From Octopus sinensis (lineage: Eukaryota), in assembly GCF_006345805.1 (NCBI RefSeq), contig NC_043014.1, positions 27,280,001 to 27,344,000 of the forward strand: a stretch of DNA of 64,000 nucleotides. The letters run 5' to 3'. The notes under the pieces were generated by a model, which made no database searches, was not told the DNA's origin, and saw nothing but the letters and a program-made list of their open reading frames with translations. The stretch's first letter is position 1. Each line of letters opens with the position of its first letter. The translations under genes were made by a program, and so were the position numbers. Shown here one piece after another: positions 52,497 through 64,000 of this stretch.

Positions 52497-52804
52497 TAAT
52501 AATAATAATGATAATGATGATGATGATGATGATGATGATGATCCTACACTTTACTTCACACAAGGATATGGAGACACACATCCATACATAGCGACACAGT
52601 ACAAAAACCGACACACAGTCACAACCGATACATAGTCACAAAAACCGATACACAGACACACTCTGACATGTACACACAAGGAGACAGAGGTACACACACA
52701 CATACAAAAAAAACACATGAATATGCAGAATGCATACATACAAACGAGCATACATACATACTTATACACACACGCATACATATACACACACGCACATACA
52801 CGCA

Positions 52805-53130
52805 TGCAACAAGGTATGCGATAAGGAAGAAAGAAAAGTTGAGAGATATGACAGGTTATTTGAGGAAGTTAAGCAGTTGTGGTTGATGAAAAAGGTAACA
52901 GTAGTACCAATAATTGTCGGAGCCCCGGGAACAGTGAGCAAAAATCTCGAGAAGTACGTGGAACAAATAGGGGCTGCAATAAGGGTGGAGCACTTGCAGA
53001 AAACTGCACTGCTTGGAACCGCCCGAATACTCCGGAAGCTGCTCGAAAGATAAGAGGTGTTGCCTTTGTTCACTGGCAGTGAACTGCTGACACCGCAGTA
53101 CATCTGCACTAGAAGCTGTGCAAAGGCAAT
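52805..53130 (+). mobile_element. R4/Dong-like family 2, 3' end followed by (TAA)n
   Basis: KVERYDRLFEEVKQLWLMKKVTVVPIIVGAPGTVSKNLEKYVEQIG..LQKTALLGTARILRKLLER*. Confidence 0.85.
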
Positions 53131-53231
53131 AATAATAATAATAATAATAATAATCCAACCTGTTGCCTCTTGAGGTCTCTGGGTGAGACTTGGAGCCAAC
53201 TTGTACAAATATAAAGCAAAAGTCAAACATA

Positions 53232-53307
<76 letters not shown>

Positions 53308-53916
53308 GATGGGCTACAGCAAATATTCTGCTCAATACCACAAATTTGCTTGTCAGTTGTTTGACCTTAGCCAGTTGACCATGTCCCTTAGTGGCTGACA
53401 ATATGTGCCCCCGATAACGTGCAGAAGTAGTGGGGGAACATCATAACCATGTGTTGAGAGAGATTCTTTGGGGTTTGAATATTTCACCTCTGGAAACATG
53501 GGTGTTTCGTTCATCATCTTTAAATAACTTTTATTCAGGGACCTTTTGAGCAGGATGGGTTACTCATCCAGAAGAACATTCTAACTGGGCCCCACCTGCA
53601 AGGTCATGTGCTGTTTATCTTGATATGAGATCAGCATGTCGCGCACATATGGTTGTGATGCATGTGCCTGGTGTACCCTTATCAGACGGGTAGTCATTAT
53701 GGGTGTTACACATTCATATCTATGTGTATACGTGCATCCCCACTCTTGGCACTATTTTGTTAGTGAATAGTACGAACTGTGTGTAAAGTATATAATGTAT
53801 TACTACGCTGAATGTCGAGTCCGTGTAACATGAAATGTCAAACACGTAAACAATAACAATGGTCAATGGTTTTCATTTGGTTGTCTATCCCATCAGAACC
53901 CAAACTACACACAACA

Positions 53917-53934
53917 TGGTGGCAGCGGTGGGAT
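53917..53934 (+). promoter_or_regulatory. Primer-binding site complementary to tRNA-Leu (AAG/TAG type) 3' end
   Basis: TGGTGGCAGCGGTGGGAT is the reverse complement of ATCCCACCGCTGCCACCA and lies immediately after the 5' LTR. Confidence 0.9.
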
Positions 53935-53989
53935 AGACCACCAAATGAAAACCATTGTTATTGTTTACGTGTTTATTGACTTTTCATGA

Positions 53990-54130
53990 TTAGGGGGACA
54001 CACAAAGGGAAAACAATCGAGTGTACATTTTATGTCACAAGAACAGAAGGCCCAGCAATTCTTGGACTCGATACCTGCAGGAGGTTAAATATTGTGTCGG
54101 TCAATGCTGAAGTGAAAGCAGCTCCAAGCA
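53990..54130 (+). pseudogene. Aspartic protease C-terminal remnant
   Basis: GKTIECTFYVTRTEGPAILGLDTCRRLNIVSVN, in a different frame from the integrase and ending in TGA. Confidence 0.65.
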
Positions 54131-54142
54131 GGATTGAGTGAT

Positions 54143-55525
54143 ATGCCTATCAAAGACCGACCACCAATCACAAACAAACAGGAGATGGAAGGACTAAGCA
54201 TAAAGGTCCACCACATTGTAAATGTGACAACCACAAAGCTAGCAGAAATCAAAGAGGAGACCAGCAAAGATGAAGAACTTCAGCTCCTTACTCAGATGGT
54301 GATTCAGGGGTGGCCAGAAAAGAGACATCAGGTGCAACCCCTGATTCGTGAATATTGGGCCATCCATGATGATATATCAGTGGAGAATGGGATCCTGATG
54401 GCTGGATCCCGAATAATTATACCCAAGCCAATGCAAGAAGAGATTCTTGACAAGATCCACCAAGGGCATCTCGGAATGGAAAAATGCAAGCTCCGAGCCA
54501 AGTCAGCAGTATATTGGGTAGGCATGTACAAAGACATAGAAAAGACAGTTTCTACATGCCACATCTGTCAAAAGTACAGAAACTCACAACAAAAGGAGGA
54601 AATGATATCTAGTGACATCCCAAGAAGGCCATGGCAAACTATTGGAGTAGATCTGTTCACAGAGGGCCAAGAATGGTATTTGGTAATGGCCTGCTACTAC
54701 TCCAAATTTCCATTTGTGAGAAAAGTGAAAGATCTGACAGCCAAAACAATCACTGCAGTGGCTCGAGGACTTCTAGCAGAGCAAGGAATACCAGAGCAGA
54801 TCATATGTGACAATGGAACCCAGTTCACGGCACAAGAATTCAAAAAGCTAGCCGATGAGTATGGGTTCAATATTACAACTTCATCTCCACACTACCCCAA
54901 AGGCCATGGGTTTATAGAAAGACAGGTGCAGACAGTGAAGAGAACACTAGTCAAATGCCGAGAGACTAAGGAAGACCCACACCTGGCACTTCTGTCCCTA
55001 CGAGCGACACCACTGAGAGCTGATATGAAATCCCCAGCAGAATTGCTGAATGGCAGGAAGTACAAAACTACCCTGCCAACTAAGATCCAACCTCCTATTG
55101 ACCAGGAAGAGACAAGGGCAAAGCTAGCAGCCACTCAAGAACAATCACAGAGGTATTACAACAAACATGCACAATATTTACCTGAGATACTTGGAGGACA
55201 ACATGTGCATACTCAAGATCCCATAACTAAAACATGGATCCCAGCACAGGTTGTCAGTAGAGCTGAAACTCCAAGATCATATATAATAGAAACGGAATCT
55301 GGTAGGCAGCTGAGACGCAACGGGGCCCACATCCGCCCAACACCAGAGCTGTTGAGGACAACATGTACAACACCTGCTGCATTAGTGACAACACCCGCAG
55401 AATCATCACCCCAACGTGCACCAACCACCTATCAGCAGCCAAACAACACACCTCAGACACCGGTGCGAAGCACAAGATCCACCAGATGGAGAAAGAACAT
55501 TCTGCCACTGGTTCGATACCGTTAA
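54143..55525 (+). CDS. Retroelement integrase (HHCC zinc finger, D,D35E core, C-terminal module), uninterrupted
   Basis: IHQGHLG..CHICQ, IGVDLF, ICDNGTQF and GHGFIERQVQTVK, with 35 residues between D and E. First ATG at 54143; 460 aa. Confidence 0.93.
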   Translation: MPIKDRPPITNKQEMEGLSIKVHHIVNVTTTKLAEIKEETSKDEELQLLTQMVIQGWPEKRHQVQPLIREYWAIHDDISVENGILMAGSRIIIPKPMQEEILDKIHQGHLGMEKCKLRAKSAVYWVGMYKDIEKTVSTCHICQKYRNSQQKEEMISSDIPRRPWQTIGVDLFTEGQEWYLVMACYYSKFPFVRKVKDLTAKTITAVARGLLAEQGIPEQIICDNGTQFTAQEFKKLADEYGFNITTSSPHYPKGHGFIERQVQTVKRTLVKCRETKEDPHLALLSLRATPLRADMKSPAELLNGRKYKTTLPTKIQPPIDQEETRAKLAATQEQSQRYYNKHAQYLPEILGGQHVHTQDPITKTWIPAQVVSRAETPRSYIIETESGRQLRRNGAHIRPTPELLRTTCTTPAALVTTPAESSPQRAPTTYQQPNNTPQTPVRSTRSTRWRKNILPLVRYR

Positions 55526-55700
55526 AGAAAAAAAAAAAGAAAATGAAAAGAGAAGTATCTAATTCAGCTAGACTACAAAGCAGAGGCAGAATAATCTCAC
55601 GACTTCTGCTGTAGGATTGCCACCTCAGGCTGACAATCCATGGAGCAAGGGAGACTACTCATAATTGTCTTCACTGCCAGAAGACCCCTTTATTTTTTTC

Positions 55701-55712
55701 AAGAAGAAGGGA
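55701..55712 (+). promoter_or_regulatory. Polypurine tract
   Basis: AAGAAGAAGGGA directly before the TG of the 3' LTR. Confidence 0.9.
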
Positions 55713-56349
55713 TGTTACACATTCATATCTATGTGTATACGTGCATCTCCACTCTTGGCACTATTTTGTTAGTGAATAGTACAAACTGTGTAAAGTATAT
55801 AATGTATTACTACGCTGAATGTCGAGTCCGTGTAACATGAAAAGTCAATAAACACGTAAACAATAACAATGGTTTTCATTTGGTTGTCTATCCCATCAGA
55901 ACCCAAACTACACACAACAATGGGTATGCTGGTCTTCGTATATTTTACCCCAGTGTCACTTTGATGGCATGCACTGCTCTCTCACTCAATAATAATAATA
56001 ATAGTAATAATAGTAATAATAATAATGATGATGATGATGATGATGGTGGTGGTGTGGTGGTGGTGGTGGTGGTGGTGGTGGTGGTGGTGGTGGTGGTGGT
56101 GGTTTTGGTGGTGGTGATGATCATGATCATGATTATTTCTTTTATTAGCCACTGAGACATAGATGAGGGGAACATCACAAGGACAGTCAATTTGTCTGGG
56201 CTTTACATAAAAGATGAGGAGAAAGTAATAGGAAAGACGGTGAAATGCGATAAAAATATACAAAGTATAGGATATCATGAATGATGCAGTCCTCCCGAAA
56301 TGGGAGAAACTCCAACTAGGGTCAATCAAGTAACCCTAAAGATCCGGGA

Positions 56350-58590
56350 TTGCCCTGACCATCAAAGGCATGAGTCCTTGCCCAAATGTTGTTCTTCAAT
56401 CTACAGATCTATGCTAACCATTTTTACCAGTCACTCATCTTTTCACAAATTCACTGAGAGGTAGTACATCCCTCTCCACTCTCACTTTCCTTTCCTTCCC
56501 AAGTGAAACTTAAAACTGTGGATGGGCGGTTGACCGAAAAAGGAAGCTATCCTTTCAGCATCACCTCTTTCGCCATAGAGACTAGGTAGAGGAACACCGC
56601 CTATCCTGTTTTTTTAAAGGTGGGTGGTGAGGCGACCCCTCATGATGGATTCTGCCAATAGTCAGATTCGTTCTGCACACAGCTGTTCGACATAACTCTA
56701 CAAGTCAGCAATGCCCGGAAATTGAACAAGTACGTACAATACACTTTCGTCGCTCTGCGTGCATCTCGAACAGTCCTGTGCCTGTGGAGTTTATATCGAG
56801 TTAGCACTGTTCCTCGGTAGCACTGCCAGGCCTGAGATTTCTGGAAATTATCCATAAAAGTACTTGGCCTTAAAGTCCTCCGAAACAGATCAGGTTGTTG
56901 ATCCTCGTCGACGCCTAGACTTTCCCCGAGAACGTCATCGCTAGATTTCTATATGTATTGCTAACATAAAACTTCCACCGACCGTATAGCGCGACTGGTA
57001 GAGAACAGTGAGCGCGCGATGACATTCCAGGTGCCAGACACCTAATCTTGGTCTTTCCTTGACCCAGGACTACAGCTACTGAAAGGCGTGTCTTACAAAC
57101 GGAGATCACACCGGCTCACTGTCCGGGAAAATCTGTAAGTAGCGTAGCTGCATCTCGTGTCTACACTTTAGCTGCCATGGCAGGCCAAACCTGGACGCTG
57201 GCAACAGATGGACCAGTGGAACGCGTCCTTCCCACAGAGTACGGAAAATTAAACGCTCCCGTCTAACCATAGGTGGACTGAGGAAATGTAAGAATTCGTC
57301 ACCTCTACTCGAACTTTCAGAGATAGTTTCTGTTCAGTGAGACTTATCACCTTGTTTGTAACCTCATCTCAGTTGTTGTCCATCTGGAGGTCTGAGCCAA
57401 ACCAGACCTCGAGCAATTTCACCGGCCCGTCTGTCCATCAACCTACTATGCTGTTCGTTGGCATAAACTTGCCTCCGAAGGCGCTGAACTGCAAGTCTAC
57501 CGACATGTTCCGATTTTTCTTTGCTTCTGCCATCACCTCGTTTGCCTTTAAGAAGGAATCGACTACCTGAACCCCCGCGGTATCTGACACCATTACGGCA
57601 ATGCCAACCGCATATATTAACACAACTCTCCTGCATCCCTGTTCGAAAGGGATGCCCCGCAAGAGTTTTAGCTTTCGCAGCAAAGGATCGAGTGCCAGAA
57701 CGTAATGAAGAAATGAGAGAGGACAGCCATGACGTACCCACGCTACTGCATTGCTGCGATCCAGCCACTGAAATCAGGTCCGAAACCGGTTTAGAATTGC
57801 TGCGAAAAACATAGTCGACCTTATCGAAGGCTTTTGACTGATTCAGATTGATTGGAGCCCCACCGATGTCAGATTTGTTACCTTTTGTTAGTACTTAGTT
57901 GTATATTTCTTTGACGAATTTGTTTTTGTTGGTGTTACAGGTGTTAGGGAAGTCTGAAGATGTAACGCATGAGGTGGAAGTTATCATAGATGGATCTATT
58001 GATGATCGCACACGTATTTCTCCGACTAAACTATCTACAAGTACCAACGTCTTTGTCAATACCTTGGCCAAAATTTTAAATTCTGTGATATCCCCTTTAA
58101 CACACCCGACTCACAAAACTGGGAGTTCTCCTGTATTGCTGCCAGTTGTAATAGATATTTGCCAAGAGCTCGTCAAACAACTCAGGCACGTAACCATAAA
58201 ACTCATAACGGCAGACCATCCAAAACGGGCGATTTGGTCTGTGTACGATACTTTTCGTATCTCAGTGCTTTCTCTCTTCTTCTGAGAGTCGCGGCAGGCC
58301 GTCGAGGTAAGCACTAAAATCTCTGAAGAGTTGAGCAAAGTGCTGCAGGAAAGCTGCATACATTTGCTTTGAACAGTGTAGTACGCACCCATCCTGATCT
58401 GCCAAATACTGATATGTGGCTTTGTTTCCACACCGCTCCTCTACCGTCCGAGCCCGTCGTGTGGCTTTCACTCCTCGATTTAATGCACGAGCTCTAGCCC
58501 TGACAACATAGCCTTCGTGTTTCGCATTGATGAAATGGTTGAGAGACATTCTTGTCGCAAGTGCGATTTCTAATCGCCTCTTCAAGTTTA
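56350..58590 (-). mobile_element. Degenerate Tx1/L1-clade LINE (RT region)
   Basis: EFKILAKVL, INLNQSKAFDKVDY and VRHGCPL../LHYVLALDPLLRKL (frameshifted), plus upstream KHEGYVVRAR..LDGLPRLSEEE. Confidence 0.8.
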
Positions 58591-58946
58591 CAAATTGGAT
58601 CCTTGTCTAATCTATTTCTCTTTATCACTAGATCATTACTAAATGCTATTGACTCATATTTAATAGCTTTCTTCAGACTTCCCTAACATTTATTGTGGAC
58701 TATTGCCCTACAAAAACCAATTCATCAAAAAAATATACAACTAAGTACTAACAATCAGATTCATTGCGATCAATAACTCTCTATTCGAGTGGCCTGCGGT
58801 GTCCCAAAATACACTCGGAAAATTTCAGCAGATAATGTTAAGTTCAGCATAGCTTGAAAAAGTACTGGCTGAACCTATCAAGGTTATCTCAGTTAAATCT
58901 CAGTTATCTCAGTTAAATCCAGACACACACGCACATACACGTACAC

Positions 58947-58990
<44 letters not shown>

Positions 58991-59331
58991 TGTGTGTGTG
59001 TGTATGTATGAGAGAGTGAGAGTATGTGCATCTCTATTTGCTCAAAAAGGGTGAGTGTCCATGCTTAAAACGTGCAACATACGCAGGAAAATGATGTCCA
59101 ACTCTCTCTCTCTCTCTCTCTTTATATATATATATATATACATACATACATATACATACATACATACATACATGCATACACACACATATATATATACATA
59201 TATATATATGCACACACATATATATATATATATACATACATACATACATACATACATACATACATACATACATACATGCATGCATGCATACATACATACA
59301 TACATACATACATACATACATACATACAACA

Positions 59332-59362
<31 letters not shown>

Positions 59363-59822
59363 TCATACAGACGTACATACGTATATATTCATACAGACGT
59401 ACATATTCATGGAAACACACGCATAGGGAGAGAGAGTGAGAGAGAAAAAAGAAAGAGGAAAAAAGAAACAATCCAGATGTGTGACAGGTGGCGTTTACAC
59501 AATTTTCCATAATCCAATCTTATGCTGTAAATTTTACTGAAATCTCTACAAATGTCTTCTGCACCGATCGCTGCTTAGCTTCAAATCAAACCTGACAGAG
59601 CAAAATTTTAATCAAAGATATTTCACCCTAGTCCTTTCCGTCGTTTTCTCAATCATTGTATGTTGTATCCTGCTTTATTTAAACCGGTAAATTGAAGTAG
59701 GTTTGGTAACAATTTCTAGTGGGTCGAGTGATTGCTTAGAGGTTCTCAAGTTGGCTTTTGCTTTGCTCGTTTAGATCTCGAATAAACCTGAGTAATGAAT
59801 TCATAAAATAATATTTATTCGC

Positions 59823-59928
<106 letters not shown>

Positions 59929-60034
59929 AATGGTGTGTGTGCGTATGTGTGTGTGTGTATGTGTGGTTTGTCTGTGTTTGAGTGCATGTGGTTTGATAGA
60001 AATCATTTGTAATTTTATATAGAAATCACAGGTC

Positions 60035-60106
<72 letters not shown>

Positions 60107-60685
60107 TTCAAATTTATTATGTAGTCATTGGTTATGGTTGGTCATAAAGTTACTATTGATTTCCTGTCTATTATTGCACTTAACAATATACGCTACTCAT
60201 CAGAACTATTAGCTGGAGGCACATAACCGCTTTAAAAATGAAGATCACCACCGAGCTGGACAAGACTGTGCTTTTACCTCTATTAGTAAAGAGATTATGG
60301 ACTCCTGCTAGTAGGAGTCGCCTATATTGCTAAGTGCAATATAAATGTGAAATCAATGGTAACTTTCTGACCTGCTATAACCAACTACTACCTGAAATAT
60401 AACAACTCAAAAACTTTGAGTGTATGCTTTTTTTTCGGATTTATAGACAACTGTCCAATATATATCCATATAAAAATTAAGGTTTAAAAATGAGACATTA
60501 AAATGCAGTGCACAAGCTTTGTTTCGGGTAAGTCTCAGGTAGTGTGCCTGCAGAGTACGTTCACCATTTATGGCTATCAGGCGTAATCCGCGTTACTGCA
60601 CTTTCGTGGCTGGATCTATTTCAGGAATTTCTAGGTGCACGTTGGGTATATTTTAAATGATTGATACGGAAGACGGAGTGTAACT

Positions 60686-60995
60686 AGAAGCTTTATTTAG
60701 CACAACAATCGTTTCGGTTGCCTTCTTCTCGGCTCTGTAGTGGGTGAGGAACGATGTAGTGGCATCGGATGCATTGCACAGTGCAGGGAGCCTCGTCAGG
60801 TGACATAACAGGCTTCAAAATTTATAAGATTTATATTTCGCAGCATCTTTCTTAGAACGAAATGTGAATCTTATAACTTTTGAAGCATGTTACGTCACCT
60901 GATATGGCCCCCTGCACTGTGCGAAGCATCTGATATCATTACAGCGTTCCCCAGTCACTAGGAAACGATGCAGAAAGCAGACGAATAAGGCTTCT
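60686..60995. repeat. Imperfect inverted repeat at the 3' end of the 61-64 kb PLE
   Basis: GCACAGTGCAGGG..TCAGGTGACATAACAGGCTTCAAAATTTATAAGAT is mirrored by ATCTTATAACTTTTGAAGCATGTTACGTCACCTGA..CCCTGCACTGTGC. Confidence 0.8.
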
Positions 60996-60999
60996 GGTT

Positions 61000-63950
61000 T
61001 ATTTTCTAACTTTTGGTTTTAGTGATAAATATTCTTTTATCATTGTTTATTATGTGGAGTGTTGGCTTTTTACAGTTTAATTTCGGATTTAGAATTTTTA
61101 TAAAGTATTTTTCTTTGGCCTTTCGTAGTTGTACATCGTTTATTTTGTAAAATGGGAATATTTTAAATTTTCCATTTGCACAGATACCTAGATGTTCACT
61201 ACATGGGACATTCCTAAGAGATGAATCTCTAATTTGTTGTTTATGCACATTTACACAGCTGGTGAGTTTCCTTCCTTATCCCAAATGTAGTTTTCATTGC
61301 ACTGTGGGCATGCAATGCAGAAGATGAGTTTTTTTGTTTTGAAATTCATGTTTGCACTCACTTTTAACTCCTTCCCATTCTTGAGTCTTTTGGTTGTCCC
61401 TTGCTCAATTAGTTTGCATGTCCCACAATGGGGGTCTCCACAATTGGTTACTTGCATCGTTCAAATCTGAATGTCGCCTTTGTTAGGAGTCACTTGAGGT
61501 TAGGTGGTTGTTTTCGACTGTTGATAATTTGTGGTTTTTTAATTATTCGTTGGAGATTTGGTGATTGATGTAGAATTTGGAGGTACCGTTTGGTTGAGTG
61601 CAGGATGTTGTGGTTTCTAGGATTGTGGGTGACTGCAAACGGAATATTTGTATTTTTATTTTTATACTTTGCCTGGCTGTTTCTCCGCAAAGTAGAGATC
61701 GGAATTTCCTTTGCTTTTGTTATGGCATGCTGAATTAACTTGTTGGGATATTTTTGCTTCCGAAGGAATGTATTAAGTTCTGCCAGTCCTTTCTCTCATT
61801 TAACCGTATCTGTGACTATTGAGCATATGCACCTTGCGAAATTAAATGGTATGTTTCTTTTTTTATGGGAAGGGTGGCAAGGTCTAAAATCTAAATATTG
61901 GTGTGTGTTTGTGTTTTTGTAGTAGAGGTCAGTTGTAACTGTCTCATTTTGTATAATCATCAGAATATCTATAAAAAGGAGTTCCTTTTCATTCATTTCC
62001 GCAGTGAATTGGATTAAGACATAAATGCTATTTATTAATTCAAGAAATTTTGTAAGGTCCTTATTTCGGTTCCAAAATATAAAGCAGTCATCTAAGAATG
62101 TTTTCCAGTTTACTATAAGTTTGGAAGTGGTGGTCAAAAGTAGTTCTTGATAGGTGTAGATTTTTTCTTCTCGATATCCCATTACTAGTGTGGAAAATGT
62201 TGGTGCGACTTTCGTTCCCATCGCAGTGTCTTGTATTTGTAGATAATACTGATTATCAAAAAAAAGCAGTTGCATTCCAGTACAATCTGTAAACCTTCGA
62301 GTATAAATTATCTCCTGAATTCTTTGTGGGTGTTTGTTTATCCAGAATTCTACTGCTTCTAATATGTGAGGAATATGTGTAGAGACTAGTTACGTCAAAG
62401 CTAGCTCGTACTATCTCTTTATCTACCCATTCTGAGATATAGTTTACGAAGTTCATGTCATTTTTTGATGAAACTGGGAACTAATCTGCATAAATGTTTT
62501 AAAATTATGTCCAGCAAGTTGCTTAATTTTTGAGTGCTAGATGCTGGTCCTGCAACAATCGAACACAATTTGGGACCAGTTGGTTTGGGAATTTCTATAT
62601 ATGGAGTATGAAGGTCTTTTAAGCTGTTGTTGATCTGTTTGGATTTATGGATTTTAGGAAGTACATGAAAATTACTTGTTTTCACTTTAAAATTGGTGAG
62701 GTAATCCAACTCCTTTTTTGTTAAGTCGTCCTTGATTTGTTGGTAAATTTGCCAATTTTTGTCATAGTTCGTTTATCAGCATCGCTAACAAATTTACTGT
62801 AGAATTACTGGTCATTGAGTTGTTCTAAGACCATTTCCCTGTAATGGGTCTTATCCAGTATTACAATGGATCTTCCTTTGTCGGCTTCTTTAATGATTAT
62901 GGATGAGTCTTTTTGCACATATTGTAATGCTCTTTGTTCCTCATCTGTAACATTTGGTTTTAAAGGTTTTGATGGAATGCTTGTGTTCGCAGACCTTTTC
63001 AGACATATTATATACTCCCCCTGGTGTTTGTTTCTGTTAATAGGAGGTTTAAAAACCTGTTTTGTTTTGCACAAGAGATGGATCATCGTTGTGATTGTTT
63101 TGAAAATTCTCGTAGGCGAGGTTTTCTGCAAAATTCCTCGGTATCTTTTATAAGGTTTGTTGCGTTGGATTTAGGAGTTGGTGCGAATTTTAGACCATAT
63201 TGGTCTAAAATTTTTATTTCACTTTCCATAAGATTCCGTTGTGAGAGGTTGATTATTTTTGGGTCAGTTGGTCAAATATTTTCTTGACCCTTTGTATAAT
63301 TAATGATTTCTTTCGCTTTCGTTTAGAGATCTTGTTCCCTAAAAAAATGGAGTGAGTCATTGGTACCTTGTCTCTCAGTCATTCCATTATGTTGGAAGGG
63401 ATTTTCCCGGTTGTTGTGCCATCTATCTTGGTATTTTGGTCTGTTTTTTTAGGATTGTTATGTTTTTAAGAAGTTTGTTTGTGTTCTTACCGGCGTTGTT
63501 TTTTCATTTGTTTTTCCTATGTTGACGTCAACAATTTTTTGATTGTTGGGGCTTCGTGTTTGAAATAAAAAAGTAATTGTCACCCTTTGATTGTTTTTCG
63601 ATTTGATGGGAAATTGGTATGGACGAGGTTATGTTTCTTTTTGTTGTTGTTATTGTAAACAAAGTATGTCTCTTCATGAATTTGTACTTTATTATACGTT
63701 TTCATTATTTCTGTTCCGTAATTGTATTCGAAGTTTTGCAACCATCGAGTTTTCAACTCAAGTGCTTTATTTGATTTGGCTTCTTGCATCTCTATGTCTT
63801 TTTTTCCATAAGTCCAGTAGTTTTTCACGTAATTTTCCGTTGGTTTGTTCGGAGATTTCTTTTTGTATTAAGGTGTCATATTTCCCGAATTTCTCTTTAA
63901 TGCGAAACTTTAGAATGTTAATCTGTTTCTAATTTTTGGTGTGCAAGATT
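61000..63950 (-). mobile_element. Decayed near-full-length PLE ORF (RT plus Cys linker plus GIY-YIG)
   Basis: IIIKEADKGRSIVILD, FHVLPKIHKS, SFDVTSLYT, TAMGTKVAPTF, FLDDCFIFW, CGDPHCGTC, LIFCIACPQCNENYI and LRKAKEKYFIKILNPKLN. Confidence 0.9.
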
Positions 63951-64000
63951 TATTTTGATTTTCGTTTCTTCATTTGGTTTATGTATGTATGTATGTATGT

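Larger units (their letters stand above)
53704..55919 (+). mobile_element. 2.2-kb Ty3/gypsy (Mag-like) LTR element, internally deleted, encoding only integrase
   Basis: TG..CA LTRs at 53704-53916 and 55713-55919; TSD ATGGG at 53699-53703 and 55920-55924; PBS and PPT present. Confidence 0.95.
53306..55990 (+). repeat. Unclassified ~540-bp repeat (copy 3, 5'-truncated), split by the LTR element
   Basis: 53306-53703 joined to 55920-55990 reconstitutes the 39367-39832 sequence. Confidence 0.88.

Overview
Repeat-saturated eukaryotic window with a 100-N scaffold gap at 20886-20985. It is very likely octopus/cephalopod, inferred from the SINE types and the extreme (TA/CA/TACA/TAA)n load. I found no host protein-coding exon, rRNA or true tRNA. 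Most ORFs in the supplied track are microsatellite translations or transposon fragments. Recognisable elements: at least six Penelope-like elements (PLEs), one young with direct terminal repeats at 7.0-12.0 kb; CR1-like, RTE, Tx1/L1 and R4/Dong-like non-LTR fragments; a near-intact DD34D mariner; hAT and maT/Tc1 remnants; two tRNA-derived SINE families; a gypsy integrase remnant; and a 2.2-kb LTR element with LTRs, tRNA-Leu PBS, PPT and 5-bp TSD whose only intact ORF is an integrase. The most striking unexplained pattern is a series of fold-back inverted repeats, 0.2-5.3 kb long. In four of them both arms carry a type I hammerhead ribozyme, intact or decayed, pointing outward. Ribozyme folds were read by eye and have not been computed.
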